A stretch of 64,000 nucleotides of DNA from Nymphaea colorata (GCF_008831285.2 NC_045138.2:38068001-38132000); one strand, 5' to 3'. Shown: positions 39,301 to 52,827, numbered from the stretch's first letter. Notes: generated by a model not told the origin, from the sequence alone. Numbers and translations are program-made.

Positions 39301-42133
39301 ATAAAGGACACAAAGACTTGTTTGGTCGAATTTTTCAGGGAGTTGACAGTACTGTTCTTGAACATTTTTTTTTAGCTAAAATATCCTTAGAATACAGCTG
39401 CTAGTGGAAAAGTTGTTATATATGCACAAAGAGTACTTTTTTGTTCATACAAAACAAAAAGGGAGTGTGCAAACTGCAAACACCTCTCTAGGACTAGGAG
39501 CCGATTGCAGAGGATTGGTTCTTTTGTTTTACCAATTTTCTGACTCCCTCTTATGCACTTCTCTCAGAAACAAATTGGAAATAAGGATCTAATGGAGTCA
39601 TAAGATGCCAACCTTGCTTTTCCATTTCGATTTTACCTTTTCCTGAAGCCATTAGACCAACCCAAGCTCAAGCTCAAGCCCAAGCATTCACTATCAAGTT
39701 ACTTTGTGCACCAAAGAAGACTATAAAAACGTTTTTATTACTTGAGGTAAAGTAAGATAAAAGGACAAACTGGCTTAAGCACTAAAGATTGGCTGGTCAT
39801 TTGGTCTCAAGTAGGAGCCCCAAGTATTTTATAAATTGCGATCAATTTATTTTGTCCTCAAATGGACACAGGATTCATATATTGAAAGATTCACTTCAAT
39901 TAATACTTCTTTTAATATAAATCCCAGCAGCTTGAGGACTCCCTACACTCGGTTTCTATGATTGTTATTTGTTACAGGCCGTATGCTTACCACATCATAA
40001 GCCCAAATTAATGAATATAATGCATGTCTTCAATACTTAAGCTAAACAATCTGGATGAATTCATATTGAAGAGGCAACAAAAATCACCATGAACAGGAAA
40101 TTGTTCTTTGATTTCAAGTGCCTCGAGGGTCCATAGTCCATACACATAGATTGCTCATAAGAAGGTGGTGCATGCATATGTCAGCTGAGTCCCACACATG
40201 TAAGATATGTCCAGTCCAGTAACTGCAAGGTAGCTTAATTCCAAACCAAGTACTCAAGATAGCCTTGTGCAATAGCCTTGTGCAATAACCAACCATATGA
40301 AAAGTGACTATAACGCAGAAGGTCATGCATGCAAGCCTAACCATATTGCAACACATCTTAAAAGTAGAAGTCTAGCCAGGGAAAACAACATCAAGAGAAA
40401 AAAAGAATGACGCGACAGAGTCAAGCAGAATTACAACTTAATCTATCCTTCCTTGGCATACCTAGTGATAACTAAATAATCAAATACATTTGAATAAAAC
40501 AGCCATATTCTTCAAGCATAGGTAACCACCTTTAATTTGTTCACGTCATTCTTCCAGAAAAGATGTGTTCCCATATAGACAAGCGGGAGGAACACCTGCA
40601 GAATGAGTATGAACAGAGTCGAACCCTGCATTAAAGAAACAATTGACAAAAGAAAATGTAAGGAGAGGGGAAAAGGAATTCCCAATTATATTGGTAGCCA
40701 CACTTTAGAAGTCCATGACCCATGAGATCCATTTCAGTAGCCAAGCATAACACATAAAAACAACGTTTATAATGACTATAGGCATTTGTTTAATCAATTC
40801 CCAAAAAAAAAAAATATCTCTCTCAACAGATATTAACAATCGTAGGCAGGTTCCGAGTTACTTAAACCTCGAAAAAAAGGGATTGGGCGGGGGTCAGGTA
40901 AGGGAGCTCCCCAAGGTAATATTTTGTTCTGTCATTGCAGACGTTTGATGTGCCTCTGGAGCACCACAATGGCATCTATAGACAGCATAGAACCAAAAAT
41001 TCAATTCTATAACTTATTTCAAGGTACACATTTATAACAGAGATGATGACACTGACTTTCCGCAGGAAATATTAATATGGAGAGGTCGCGAAATACCTCT
41101 AGGAAATTAAGCACAATCAGTGCAAAAAGATTAAGGGACCAGAGAAAATTGATCTTATTAATCATCAAGTACAATCTTGCCGTCCTGTCAAAATTATGCT
41201 CGTCTAACACTTCAACAGGCAAACCAATACCATCTTCAGCCTGGAAAGGAAGAGAAAGAGGGAGTTCAGTAAGGCATCAAGAGCATATAAACACATGGAT
41301 GCACGGATTCGCACACAGACGCACAAGTAATCTCAGGGTTTTCGGAATCAAAAAGCAGAAAAGTTAAGTTTCAACTTAAAAGTAATGTTACTAGATGACC
41401 CAAAAACAAAAGACTATTTAAAAAAAACCTTGGGCATTTTTTGCAGAAATCACCGTTCTAATTACTATCATCTCGCCACTTCCCGAGTTCTCAAGTCTCA
41501 ATATCTTCAAAAAACTTTTCCTTGACTAGCAATAAACCACTCGGGATCTTCATCCGCGGAATCAAGAATTCTTGAGCTCGGAATGTTCCGAACTTAGGAT
41601 CAAATGCCCCAGCCACGGCCTCAAGTATGGCCATGAAGTAAATTACGAAAACTATTTCGCAAAAGAACAAAGTATCCATCCGTGCTCTTTTTTCTGCCTC
41701 AGCAACATAGAGCTGAGCTCCAATTTTCGACAGGTCTTGGTCCGAGAAAAGAGAATCCCAACTACAGTTTACACAATAGGAGAAGCTTATCGAGAGCACC
41801 ATTTACCATATTTGTTCTACCGAAAACTCTCGGCGATTCACGAGAGTAAAACATATCCAATCAAAACCTAGACTCGACAAAAAAATAATGCAGAAGACTT
41901 CAATCAGCGGTTCATTTTCCTAAGAACTGTCAAAATCGAGCGAGTAAACAGATGTCCTAGCCTGGGAATAGGAGAGCCGGGGGTCGAAATGAACATACGA
42001 GATCGACGAGCGCAGCAGCCTTCTCGTAAGTCGTTCCGTGGGCGATGGCATCTGACCGTCGCGGCGGAAACATCCGCCGGAATCCACTTCTTTCGCTGCT
42101 GCTGCTTGGTTTGTCGATGAATGGATCTTCCAT
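19703..42133 (-). CDS. TPC1: Two-pore calcium channel 1 (vacuolar SV channel), ~732 aa, 23 coding exons
   Basis: Exons (high-low): 42133-41999, 41240-41097, 40975-40868, 40625-40530, 39176-39046, 38381-38321, 37861-37698, 37245-37140, 36937-36860, 36579-36518, 33732-33660, 32355-32290, 32214-32071, 30995-30938, 29796-29689, 29273-29210, 27165-26997, 23070-23006, 22811-22721, 21542-21456, 20886-20815, 19932-19895, 19781-19703 (2199 nt, in frame). Motifs: [16 protein letters not shown], pore-1 [16 protein letters not shown]-hand loops [12 protein letters not shown] and DDSGDFKINLDE, S10 [16 protein letters not shown], pore-2 [13 protein letters not shown]-terminal [10 protein letters not shown]. 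Confidence 0.97.
22050..22340. mobile_element. 291-bp hAT-type MITE in TPC1 intron 19
   Basis: TIR CAGGGGCAGAG / CTGTGCCCCTG. 8-bp TSD GCTACTTT (22042-22049) / ACTACTTT (22341-22348) with one mismatch. Internal (TA)n(CA)n. Confidence 0.8.
24026..25994. mobile_element. Non-autonomous hAT-type DNA transposon (outer element) in TPC1 intron 17
   Basis: Ends CAATGTTGTA (24026) and TACAACACTC (25994). Perfect 8-bp TSD CTTAAAAG at 24018-24025 and 25995-26002. Subterminal CGATA/TATCG repeats and no transposase ORF. Confidence 0.85.
24043..25118. mobile_element. Non-autonomous hAT-type element (inner, nested, opposite orientation to the outer)
   Basis: Ends CAGTGTTGTA (24043) and TACAACATTG (25118). 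Perfect 8-bp TSD AAAAAGTG at 24035-24042 and 25119-25126. Dense ACGAT/ATCGT subterminal repeats and a GC-rich core at 24300-24710. Confidence 0.88.
25918..27014. repeat. Near-identical 542-bp tandem duplication containing a nested 113-bp tandem duplication
   Basis: 25918-26456 is repeated at offset 542. Within each copy the unit GAAGCACATAGAAATTG...GTACCTGCAACCCAAGAGAGCAA repeats at offset 113. Confidence 0.95.
27345..28537. mobile_element. Probable non-autonomous DNA transposon relic in TPC1 intron 16
   Basis: Both ends carry clustered GTACC/CGTAC subterminal motifs (27350-27470 and 28445-28530), with ...GTGACATAG at the right end. No clean TSD found, and the boundaries are approximate. Confidence 0.45.
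28371..28445. repeat. (AT)n microsatellite
   Basis: Long AT run with a single AC interruption. Confidence 0.95.
30722..30802. repeat. Compound (TG)n(CG)n(GA)n microsatellite in TPC1 intron 14
   Basis: TGTGTG...GCGCGCGC...GAGAGA seen directly. Confidence 0.95.
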
Positions 42134-45100
42134 CTCTCTCCCTCGCTCTCTCCGTCTCCTTCAGCAAGAGACCGCCCTTGTCTTTCCCCACTCCCCCGAC
42201 TCTCCGGCACTCCGGAGCCAGGCGAATGGCGGGAGAGGCCATCAAGACTAGAGGGAGCAGTAGGCGGGCCCCGCTTTCTTGGCGTTTTCTATCCACGTCG
42301 GCCATAAGCAAATGAGACAGCTTTTTTGCATCGTTTACGTTCATGCCACCATCGATCACATTCGTGCCACTGTTTTTCTTTTTTCTTTCTTTTTCTTTTT
42401 TGGGACCGACGGGCGACGGCCGACTTCATGTTTTTTTAAAAAAAAAAAAAATGTCTGCTAAACACCCAATTCAAGTTTCAAGGGCTACAAATTTTTTTTA
42501 GCGCACTGTTCATCCAAATGCTGATTAAGTGTTAGGCACAAGAAGTTACCTGATTTTAACTTATTGTTTCTTTAGTAATCATCAAATGTATGTACTGCTC
42601 AAACATAACGCATGGTTTACATGACAAAGCTATTACCAAATGTTTTTTGGTTTTGAGCTCCGTTGACGAAGCATGCCATATGATTTATATACATATGTGA
42701 TTTGTAACAATTATAATCCAATGGCACCTAGTAGACCAATGTTGACATTGTAAAATCTCACTTTTACGAAAGAAAAACCACAAGTCTGATTGATATAATT
42801 ATGTGAAACCGGTTGAATGGAGTGTACATGTGATCTATTAAATTATGTATTTAGTTGACTTCAATTGGTTATGATTCATGAGACCCATTTTTGATGTAAA
42901 AATTGAATTATGATGCAAAAAAACTTAAAATTTTCAGCAATTATTTTTTTGAGAATCATCATATAGATCAAAACAAAAAAAAAAAGATTGTACTTTAAGT
43001 GTTTCTCATTGTTTTAAGGGTATAACATAGCTGGTTGGACACGTGAGCATGTAAAAGGTATATCGTCTAATGTAAATACTTTTTTTATGTATTGTAAAAG
43101 GTAAGATTGCAACGTTTAAGTTAAAGATATATCATACCCTACTCAACTCAGGTATCCACATGCAAAAACAAGAGAGAACACGCTCTAACCAATGAAGTAA
43201 CCTCCGGCTCACTTAAAGAATGCTTTTTACCATAATTATGTATTTATATTTGACCAAACTGTGAGTAATCTATCCATCAAACGCACGCAAAGCCGGTGTG
43301 GACATTACTATGCATGTGAATCTACTGGCCAAATAGACAAAGTGCATGTTTACGTGTATTCGTAAACATCTCCAAGTTTTTGTAGCAAGAATTACCCATC
43401 AAAAAGATCAAATGAAGAAAAAAATTTCAAATGTCCAAAATGTTTTTACGTTGATGTTGTTGAATTTTCATTATTTTTATATTTACTAAAGTAACTGTTA
43501 CAAACAGCGACTGGAGGGCAAGTAAAAGGGGAACATGAAACTGCTCAAACCTGTCGTTACGAGGACGTAATGGTGAGAAAAAACCAGTTCCGCGTGTTCC
43601 AGGAAGCGGCCATTCCACATTGGGCCGCGTTTGTCCTGCAGGTTCTCCCGACGGCAAGATGAATGGTCTGACAGGGACAGCTCTGTAATTAAAGCGTACT
43701 TTGAAGGCTAATTTTCCTGGCCTTATCCATACGGCGTGGACATGTGAACATCAAAGCCGTTGTGCCGCATCGAGGGATGTCGGTGGTGTAAAAAATGTAG
43801 AGTAACAAAAATACCCTCGCCTCTGTACCAAGTGGACATTAATGCCGTTTGACTTACGGAACAGCGCTCGGAGGGGAGTGGCCATAACGGTAACTGTCGA
43901 GCGCGGGAGCACGCCGACCCCACGATCGTGTTTTCTGACGCTTAATTTCAGACGTGTTGGCATCTCAAAAACTCATCCGTTCTGTGTTTCTGTTGGCAAA
44001 TCGGACTCCTCATAAATTCAATGTCTTTTTTTTTCTGATCAACTGTCCTTACCTTTCTTTCAAATATCTGAAATATTCTTGGAAATTTTTTTCTCAGACT
44101 ATACAGGCACATTTTGCTTGGTATCTTAGTAGGATGAAATATTAATTATGTGCACGTAAAGAAACAATTTGTCAATCGCCGCAAGTAAATGAATGTGTGA
44201 AATATTCTCCTTTCATGCGTTTTAGTTTAGTCAATTCAATCATGTACACATATTTTCTAGTTAAATAAACTTATTTTTCCAAGTACACCATTTATAGCAA
44301 GTTGTTTACCATAGCAAAGTAACAAAATTGTATTAAGCATAGATCAGAAATTGATCTGCCAGTTAACAAAGGCAATGCTAGTTATCAAAAGTAGAATTGG
44401 AAAGAGGAAACCCATTATTTTCATGCACGATCTCTAACAATGTCTTTGTAAGAGGGAGATGATTTGAGGGTTAGGGAAATGCTCATGTTGTGGGATGAAC
44501 TCTAGGTGTCGAGCTTTAACCTAATTTTGACTTGAAATCTTACATCGGATAGCATAAAGTTTTTGAAAGCTGTGTGCACAATGCATTGGTGCCAAAATTT
44601 GCCAGCGCCATAATATGTGCAAAAAGTCCGGTGCAAGTTCCTCACCTTATATCAGACATGACTCTAAGTTGCATTTAGCATAGTTTTTTTTTATGGTATG
44701 TGTCACATTAAGCTTAATTTTATAGATGTAAAACAAGTCTTAGCATGCTATTGAATCTTGCTACCTTGGGAGCAATAAATAATTCAATATTAGCCATACC
44801 ATGCGAGGCGACGATTTCCTGGAGACAATCATGGTGCGCGAGAACCAGTTGTACATATACCACCTCCTGCAATGTCATGAGCACTGTACAGCTAGTGCTT
44901 TGTGCTTTGGCCTCAATGAGCAAAGCCCTAACACTTCACTTTGATTCGCTTTGCATAAAGCATGCACCCGCAAAGCAGCAAAGCACTCGCAAAGCAAAGA
45001 GGGTGGTCATGTGACATAATGAGCAAAGCCCTATGCTTTGCGGGTTCTTTGCAGCAATTTGAAGTTGCAAGTGCTTTAACAAAGAACCAAGGCAGGGAAA

Positions 45101-45995
45101 CAAACGAAGGATTTCTCAACCAACTGGCATAGATATGACACCTTGTTCCATCTGTCCTGAGTGAGGATTTGAAGGCGGGTATGGTCGAACTAACAACATG
45201 GTATAATACAAATATCAGATCTGAAGGGACATCCTTCCTCTCTTTTAACTGATCCAGCTCCTTTTCGAGATCTTTGTGTGCTGGCTAGGTTCAAAGGAGA
45301 CTCTTGGCTCTTCTAAAGAGTCCCATACCGGCTGTCATCTGGACGGCGAAGCCCTAGGAACCTCCCTATGATGCACTAAAGTTTTGAGCTCATCGTAAAG
45401 GATGTCCTTCATGTATTTAGAACTCGCATCTCATCAATGGAAGCAAACTGCACGCAAATGGAATCAAGGAAAAAGTTTTGACTAAAACAAGGCTTAATTA
45501 ACTTGCATTTCAAATAGACACATGGTTCCCACGTATCAAAGAAGGACGATTTTGCAAGCTTCATGTCTTTGAAAGCTCATCCTGTTTTCAGTTTACCTCG
45601 GCTTTGCAGGAGAAAGCAGTTTCGATGGCTAGCTGGTTAGAAAGTACCGGTTTTCAGATTACTTCGACTTTGCAGGAAAAAAGAGATTTTGAATGTTATA
45701 ATGCTAGAAACTAATAAAAACCTCTATGAAGACATTGAATTGTCAATGGCTGCATATTTCAAGATGGCATCGTAATATGGGTTTGAAGATGAACTGGCAT
45801 TCCCAACTTAATCTATACTCGATGCAATGCTCAGCGAACCCAGACCCTCCCGAAAATTGAAGGCTGTTGAGGAAACTAAAATGCACATGTTACAACCTAT
45901 AGCACCTCCTAGTCCTCCAGCAGTGCACAAAAGACTCCAGTGATTCTAATGCATGTTTTCTCCTTTACGGCCGAATCCACCCATTCGCTGGCCTC

Positions 45996-46096
45996 CAAGA
46001 AACAGGAATCAACTATCCTTAAAAGGTCCATTGTGTAAAATTTCGTTCAAGAAACAGGAATCAACTATCCTTAAAAGGTCCATTGTGTAAAATTTC
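45996..46096. repeat. 52-bp-period tandem duplication downstream of ALG6
   Basis: CAAGAAACAGGAATCAACTATCCTTAAAAGGTCCATTGTGTAAAATTTC at 45996 and 46048. Confidence 0.92.
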
Positions 46097-46398
46097 CTTC
46101 AATTACCATGTTTTCATTTTTGTAAGCTGATTGCATATTACCATCATTTTTTGGTTAATAATTGATGGGGGCAATCCCGCCGCAGGTTTGCACCGGAAGT
46201 AATAATTACGTGAGAATCGTGGGTTGCTGCTCAAGTTATCATCAAATAAAATTTTGGATCAGGATACATGACATTCTATGTCTTTTCTCATACCAAGCAT
46301 AAGATACAGCAAACCGTTCAATAACATGGATCAATACGTCACAATCAGCAAGTCAAAAATAGTAATATTGATGATAATGTAACTCCCATTTAATTGTG

Positions 46399-49300
46399 TC
46401 AAAGCCTCTTTTTTTCTTTGCTCTCATACATAAGCACATCGGATAACATCCATTGCTTGACATTGGAATAAGCTGCAAGAGCTAAATACTGAGAGAAGCA
46501 AAGAATCATTATAAGGGCATCAAATAGAAACGGATACTTCTGAGGAGGCCTAACAGATAAATAAGCGCCATAAAGAATAACAGAGAAAAGAAAGGAAATG
46601 GCCATCGGAGCTTTCAAACGGGAGGAAATCATTGGACCTTTACCATGCTGTCCACATCGTGCATAAGAAACAAGAAAGAAGAGGGAAAGAAGAGCAACGT
46701 GTGGCACTATCAACCCATCACGGCAAAGCAAAGGGTACATTGATAGAAGAGCATAGTAACTGAACCAGTTGAAAAAGGTCGTTTCTTCTAATGCCAGAAG
46801 ACTTGCAGGTAACAGAGGCAACAATATTGACTTCTCGTGAACTGCAAAGAAGACATCCAATCACCAATGAGGATGGGGAATGTAACAAAAGCATGGAACT
46901 GCACAAAGAAGCACAAGAAAGAACAATTTTTCTATTTTGCAGAGCAATAGGGTAGGCTCCTTTATATAAATAAAAATGTACAAAATATTTTGAAATCATG
47001 AATGCATCTTATGAAATCAATAAACTAAAGCGCACCTACAAGACTATGTTAGACTACTTTAAAAAATGCATCTCATGAAGTGACTAAAGCAGAAGAGAGA
47101 ATCTCTTTTTGAAGTCCAAGAAAAAAGGTTTTGAATTGAGGACTAAGACAACCTATGCATCCACAACTAAAAGCACAATCCTGTCAACGAAGTGTGTGAA
47201 TTCGTACCAGGCCCTTTCAAGTATGTTAAATAAAATAAGAAATTTTTTTTGCAGGTTACCCACAGAAAGTATGTCCCATATGCAGATTGTGGATTTGTGA
47301 TACCTTGGAATGAGAACAGATAGAAAGCAAAGGAACTGTTGACTAAAGCATAAAGGAACCCTCGACTGCTTGGAGCTTTTATCTGCTGTATCATTGATGG
47401 AGAAGCAGCAGCAAGGGTTGCAAGCAGGCTAAGCCATCGCAACTCCCTTATGCCGAACAACCGTTTCCACTTCACAAAAAAGGATGTACTACACCAAAAG
47501 TTAGCCACGTAATCCTCATAAATTCCCCTTTCAAATGGTGCTAAACGGGACAAAACCTGTTAGGATAAGAGACGAACATAAGGAGATAGCAGAAAAGAGT
47601 CATATGACAAGTCAGTGGAATGTTATATCATGCAGCCTTACCTCCAAGACTGCTTCCATGGAGTGAAGATAGGGCCACCAGATAACAATGAATGTTGCCG
47701 TGACTGTTATTCCCAATTTCAAGACCTCAAAAATTGGACTCCGATGCTTTAGGCATTTTCCCAAGAGATGGCCAAAAAACGCAGGAGCAAAATATGCAGT
47801 CATCTGTAAAAATACAAGAATGTGGTGATTGGCTTAGACAATGCGGCCTTGTAAATTTTCCTGGCATCAACAATAAGCAAAAACATGGGGAAATAAGAAA
47901 ATTCAACATAATGAATCACATGACCTCAAAACTGACATACCCTGCGAGAATAAATTATCAGAGACCCTTTCTATGTATTATTCGTCACATACATGGAAGT
48001 CTTTCGAAAGTAACACAATAAGAGAACAAACCTGCTTATGATTGAGTGCCAGACTGAAGAGAGCACAAGCAACTAGATCATTCTTGGACAAGATTGCAGC
48101 AATTGCTCCAAGTGTCAGCCCCAAGCTTATGCAGTTGTACTATTGGCAAATAGATGCAAGCCAAGGCAATACAGCAATAAAAAAAAATAAATATAGTAAG
48201 AAGCTATCTCTTAAATGGTTCATATGAATTGACAAGCATCATTAAATACCTGAAAGTGTCCATGATCTATTAAAATCAAACTTGGATTAAGTAAGATCAT
48301 AGCAAGAAGCCAAGCCATTTCTTCATCCTTGCGATTGATATAATAATATATCACAAAACAGACAGCAGCTGGAAAAAGTACAAGTGCATCAGATGATAAG
48401 ACGGTCCACCTCATCAGCAGCTTACTGCAAAATTACAACTCAAGCAATAAGCCAAAGGCACCAAAACGTTATTAAGAACAGATTGTTTAAGAAAACACAA
48501 CTCTCTGCTGCTTTGTGGCATAGCCCCCTTTTCTTTTGTGAGTTTTTTCGAGTTTTTTGTTGAACTATGTTGCATTGATGATGTATTTGACAAAATAAAG
48601 GGTATGATTATGTGCTTGATTACAACGAGAAATAGGTTTTCCTGTTCACATGCAGAGAAGTAGATGGTTGAAAAACACGCAGATGCAAGAAACGAGTTAA
48701 TCGAGTTAAAAGGAGGGAGCAAGAAGAGTTTTGTGGCGTAGATGCAGTAAACGAGTTAATCGAGTTAAGCGAGTCGAGCTGGACTCGGCTCATGTGCAGC
48801 CTACAGCAAACGTAGTTAGATGCAGAGGTAAAGAACTTGTAATTATCCATATTTGGTGCCTGAGCTGTTAGGTAATGATTTGTAAAGAAGCACAATGAGT
48901 AAGGACTAATGGAAATGATGGGAACTCTTTTATGTCATTTTTCTCTTTTAACTTTATATGGGCCAATCAACCACTTCTTCACATGAAAAATTGTTTTTCA
49001 CTTTTCAAGTGATTCCCCGCCCCCAACCCACCACTATTTTTTCCTCTTTAATTCTTTATTTCTACAAAGGAAATGATCGACAAAATCAAATAAATTTGAC
49101 ACCACAAAATTGAAACCTAAGAAAATATGTTGTTCACCTATTGAAGAAGGTAACAGCAAGTGTATGAGTCCGAGTTGCTAAAGTCATCTCAAGATAAGAG
49201 AGGGTTGCTAATCCCATCTTAAAAACATTGCTTATGAGTGATGACCCAGGAAAGATCTCCAAAAATATTTTTCCTTTGACATCAGATGACAAAAAGTATC

Positions 49301-50713
49301 TATCAAAAGGGTAAAACTATCCAGCTTCTCTCAAGAAGAGGTTTCTACTTTCACACATCCATTTGAACACATAGCAAAAACATGATATCAATTCTAATAA
49401 TATCACCATAATCTTTTCTCATTTCTTACAGAAGGAAACCACATCCAGTCTAGACTCCAGGTAGCAATTTGAAAATTTTAATTTCTATAGGATTCTTCCA
49501 AGCTAATGGTTACATGAATAAGAACACCCTTTAGAAAAATTTGGCTTTCTGAGATATGACAGACTACCTACGTGATTATGATTTCTAACAATAGTAATGT
49601 CTATCAGTTCACAAGAGTTGAACAGTTCTTTGCACTCAACTATGTTTACAGCTTTTTCCAAAAGGAAAACATCTTCCAAAAATATAGAACAGCAATAGAA
49701 TCTCCTTCCTAGCACCACAACAATTGGGTGTTGCTTTTGTTGTTATACTTGCTACCAACAAGCCATTCTATAATTGCTGGAATACAAGCATCAAGAACTC
49801 AAAAGTGGACATTCACCAAGTCTTTCCTTCCTGAGGTTGCTTAAAAATCATCTACCAACCTTAACAGGCAAGATAAAAAAAACCCTAAGAATGATCATAC
49901 TTTTGAAAATTATTTACACGCATCAGCCTGCTTACGTGCACTCAAATTAGACCATAAGAAGTAGTTAGACTCAAAGGCTCAAAGTACTCAGCTTACCAAA
50001 AAAAATGTGTGTAATGTTTGCTAACTAAATAGACATTTGTGGCCAATTGCAGCCACTCTATCTTCTAGTGCCACCAGGCCCCACATTTGAGTTTCGAATT
50101 CTACCACAACAAATCAGAATCATAAGAATTGGCAACAAAAGGATAGGATAAACACCTGAAGGGGGTTTCGTAACCCTTAGAAGAACCCAAAGCGACTGAA
50201 TCAGGGTCGAACTTATGAAGGAACAAGGAGTGCACGTAACTCTGGTATGCTGTAAGAGGAGGATAGTCAAGGCCCCAGTAAGCAAGATCATTGTATGTCG
50301 TGTTCCTATACCACTCTTTCATGGGAGTGTTGAGAGTGATCTCCATCCAATGCCTCTGTGCTTCATAATCTCCATACTTGGGTGGAATTCCTTCTCCTAT
50401 CATCATTTGCCAGCATGAAAGACAAAGAAAAAGGAATTAAAAATATGAACAGAAAATGGAAAGAAACACCAGCAAACCTAAATAGTGAAGAAAAGATTGA
50501 GGAGGAGGCAAACAAACCAGAGTGGGAACTCAAAGAAGTGAGAAGACGAACTAAGAAGGCAAACAGAAGGACCACACAAAGAGCTATAGCTCTTCCATGG
50601 AGAAACCAAGCAGATTGCAAATTCTGAGCAAGAGTTTCTCCTCCACTTCCTCCATTTTTGTTTTTGGCTCTTGCAAGAGATGATGATGAAGGTGGTGAAG
50701 GATAATCAGCCAT
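46399..50713 (-). CDS. ALG6: Dolichyl pyrophosphate Man9GlcNAc2 alpha-1,3-glucosyltransferase, ~525 aa, 7 coding exons
   Basis: Exons 50713-50518, 50396-50156, 48424-48250, 48139-48032, 47803-47642, 47556-47304, 46841-46399 (1578 nt, in frame). Motifs PPKYGDYEAQRHWMEIT, YWGLDYPPLTAYQS, LIDHGHFQYN, ALNHKQM, RLAPFERGIYEDYVANFWC, FQVHEKSILLP. C-terminal KKRL is a KKxx ER-retrieval signal. Confidence 0.96.
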
Positions 50714-51145
50714 TGCAATTACAGATGATGCATCAGAAAGCAGCTAAAATATGTGATGGAACAATTCTGTAATGGGTATGGACTATGCAAGAGGATCAAG
50801 CATTTGTTTGGACACACATATCACTGCTACTCTGAGGAGCATTAGATAAGGGGGTTCCCAACTGAGCAGGTAAGATTGAAGAAGCTGCCACCGCTACGGG
50901 CAAATGTACAAAAAGTCATTGTTTGCTGGTGGTAACTGGCCCGACATCTGCATGAGTTTTATCCAAAGAAAATGTTAAGGCTTGAACAAGTCAAAACCTA
51001 AGTGACATGTCAAAGTCCAAAAGATGCTAAGCATTATATTTCAAATGCACATCAGTTTGTATGCATATTTTTGTCTTCTGGCATTCCCTTTAGCCATCAT
51101 ATAGTTGTAAAATAAGATTTTCATGTACTAACCAGTTAGCAAAAA

Positions 51146-51628
51146 GCAGGAAAAAAAATTCTAATAACATACTATATCTGGTAGAATCAAATCAAAGAGC
51201 AAACAGGTGGTCTCAGAAACAGAGACAATGAATGGAAGGAACGATGTGCTTGGTTCAAATGGATTATATGATTATATCATTAGAAGTCACGAAATAAGCA
51301 ACATTTCAAGAGGCAGTACAATATATTGAAACCTCGAAGTCCAATTCTGTATCCTCATCAACCAATCAAGAATTGCCGATTCACTAAGCAGGGGAAAAAA
51401 AATTCTAATAACATACTATATCTGGTAGAATCAAATCAAAGAGCAAACAGATGGTCTCAGAAACAGAGACAATGAACGGAAGGAACGATGTGCTTGGTTC
51501 AAATGGATTATACGATTATATCATTAGAAGTAACGAAATAAGCAACCTTTCAAGAGGCAGTACAATATATTGAAACCTCGAAGTGCAATTCTGTATCATC
51601 ATCAGCCAATAAAGACTTGCCGATTCAC
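51146..51628. repeat. ~244-bp tandem duplication in the ALG6 leader intron
   Basis: AATTCTAATAACATACTATATCTGGTAGAATC...TGCCGATTCAC is present twice at offset 244 with few substitutions. Confidence 0.92.
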
Positions 51629-52410
51629 GATTCCAGTACATGCAGTATAAGGTAGACCTTTCCGGCATTGATTTGTTAAACAAGGAGGAGTTATGACTCA
51701 TGAATCAGATTTAAACATGCTGATCCATTCAACATTTACAAGATAAAAAGCTACACTCAGATATAATGGCAGGAAAATTTTAAGCACATTTGCAGGCTAA
51801 CATTAGGCATCACATTTTCATCAACCAAGGAAATTAGAACGAATAGTTAGCTAGTTCACGCGACTAACATGAAACAAACAGGTTCTCAAGTTAGTGGCAG
51901 AAAAATGATGCGAAGAATCGCATGCTCGGAGCAAAAAGATTTTTTAGGAGGGGCCAACATGCAGCCTTAAATTTCCAGAAGAGCAGCAAATGCATAATTT
52001 TCCTAGACTTTGCATTAAATATAATAATTTAACTCACAAATAAAACATAACCGCAACAACGGTCGCTCTTCAAGAAGATGAATGACAATATGAATGGCAA
52101 TAACAGGTGCACGTTCAAATCTTGTCCGAGTGTACCAAGGTGATACGTAGAGAGCCAAAAAAAGAATCACAAAGAGAACACAAGAGTCAACACTGTGTCG
52201 TCGATCTGGACATCACTAGAACTCTCTAAAGAATCTACTAAAGCTAAAATAAATCCGAATTATTGAACCCTAAGTGTTCACCTGAAATGCCAAAAGCTTC
52301 TATACAAATGCATACAAGAAAATGCTCTGAGAGAACCACGAACTTTGTGAAGAAGAGGAAGAAGAACAAATGAGGGAAAGGGAAAGAGAAAGAGAAAGAG
52401 CGAGAGTTAC

Positions 52411-52570
52411 TGGAGAAAATCCAAAATGACGCAAAAGGAAGTGAGAGGAAGACCTCGTTGGAGGAAACGCCGTCGCCGGAGACGCCTAGGGCACGGAGAG
52501 GCGGGCAGCAATGCGAGAGAGAAAGACGGGACAGAGACGGGATTTGCCGCGAAACCCGATACTCTCAAAC
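52411..52570 (-). other. Probable non-coding first (5'UTR) exon of ALG6, followed by a ~1.7 kb leader intron
   Basis: GC/pyrimidine-rich leader-like stretch on the minus strand ending at a CA|GTAACT donor (~52410). T-rich intron-like sequence follows down to a TTTAG acceptor at ~50744, ~30 nt before the ALG6 ATG. The TSS boundary is approximate. Confidence 0.6.
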
Positions 52571-52761
52571 TGGCCAAGATACCGACTCGATTGTCTGAAA
52601 ACTGAGATCGAGTAATGCCGAAAAGGCGGCTAAAATTTTCAAGCATTTTCAATATCCGGGTTCTTTGTTTAAGATGTTTTCGAAGTTCCTTGAATCGAAA
52701 TACATGAGAGGGCGCGAAAGGGGCGGACGTGATTCAATAGAATAGAATGTAGCATATCTAC

Positions 52762-52827
52762 CATTTAATAAGTAGTATTTCAAAAATCTAATGACATTTA
52801 ATAAGTAGTATTTCAAAAATCTAATGA
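52762..52827. repeat. 33-bp perfect tandem duplication upstream of ALG6
   Basis: CATTTAATAAGTAGTATTTCAAAAATCTAATGA x2. Confidence 0.9.

Noticed and set aside
41904..42359. 151-aa and 96-aa minus-strand ORFs over TPC1 exon 1
   Set aside because: Alternate frames. The true exon is 42133-41999 (MEDPFI...KAAALVDL). An overlapping uORF role cannot be judged without a TSS.
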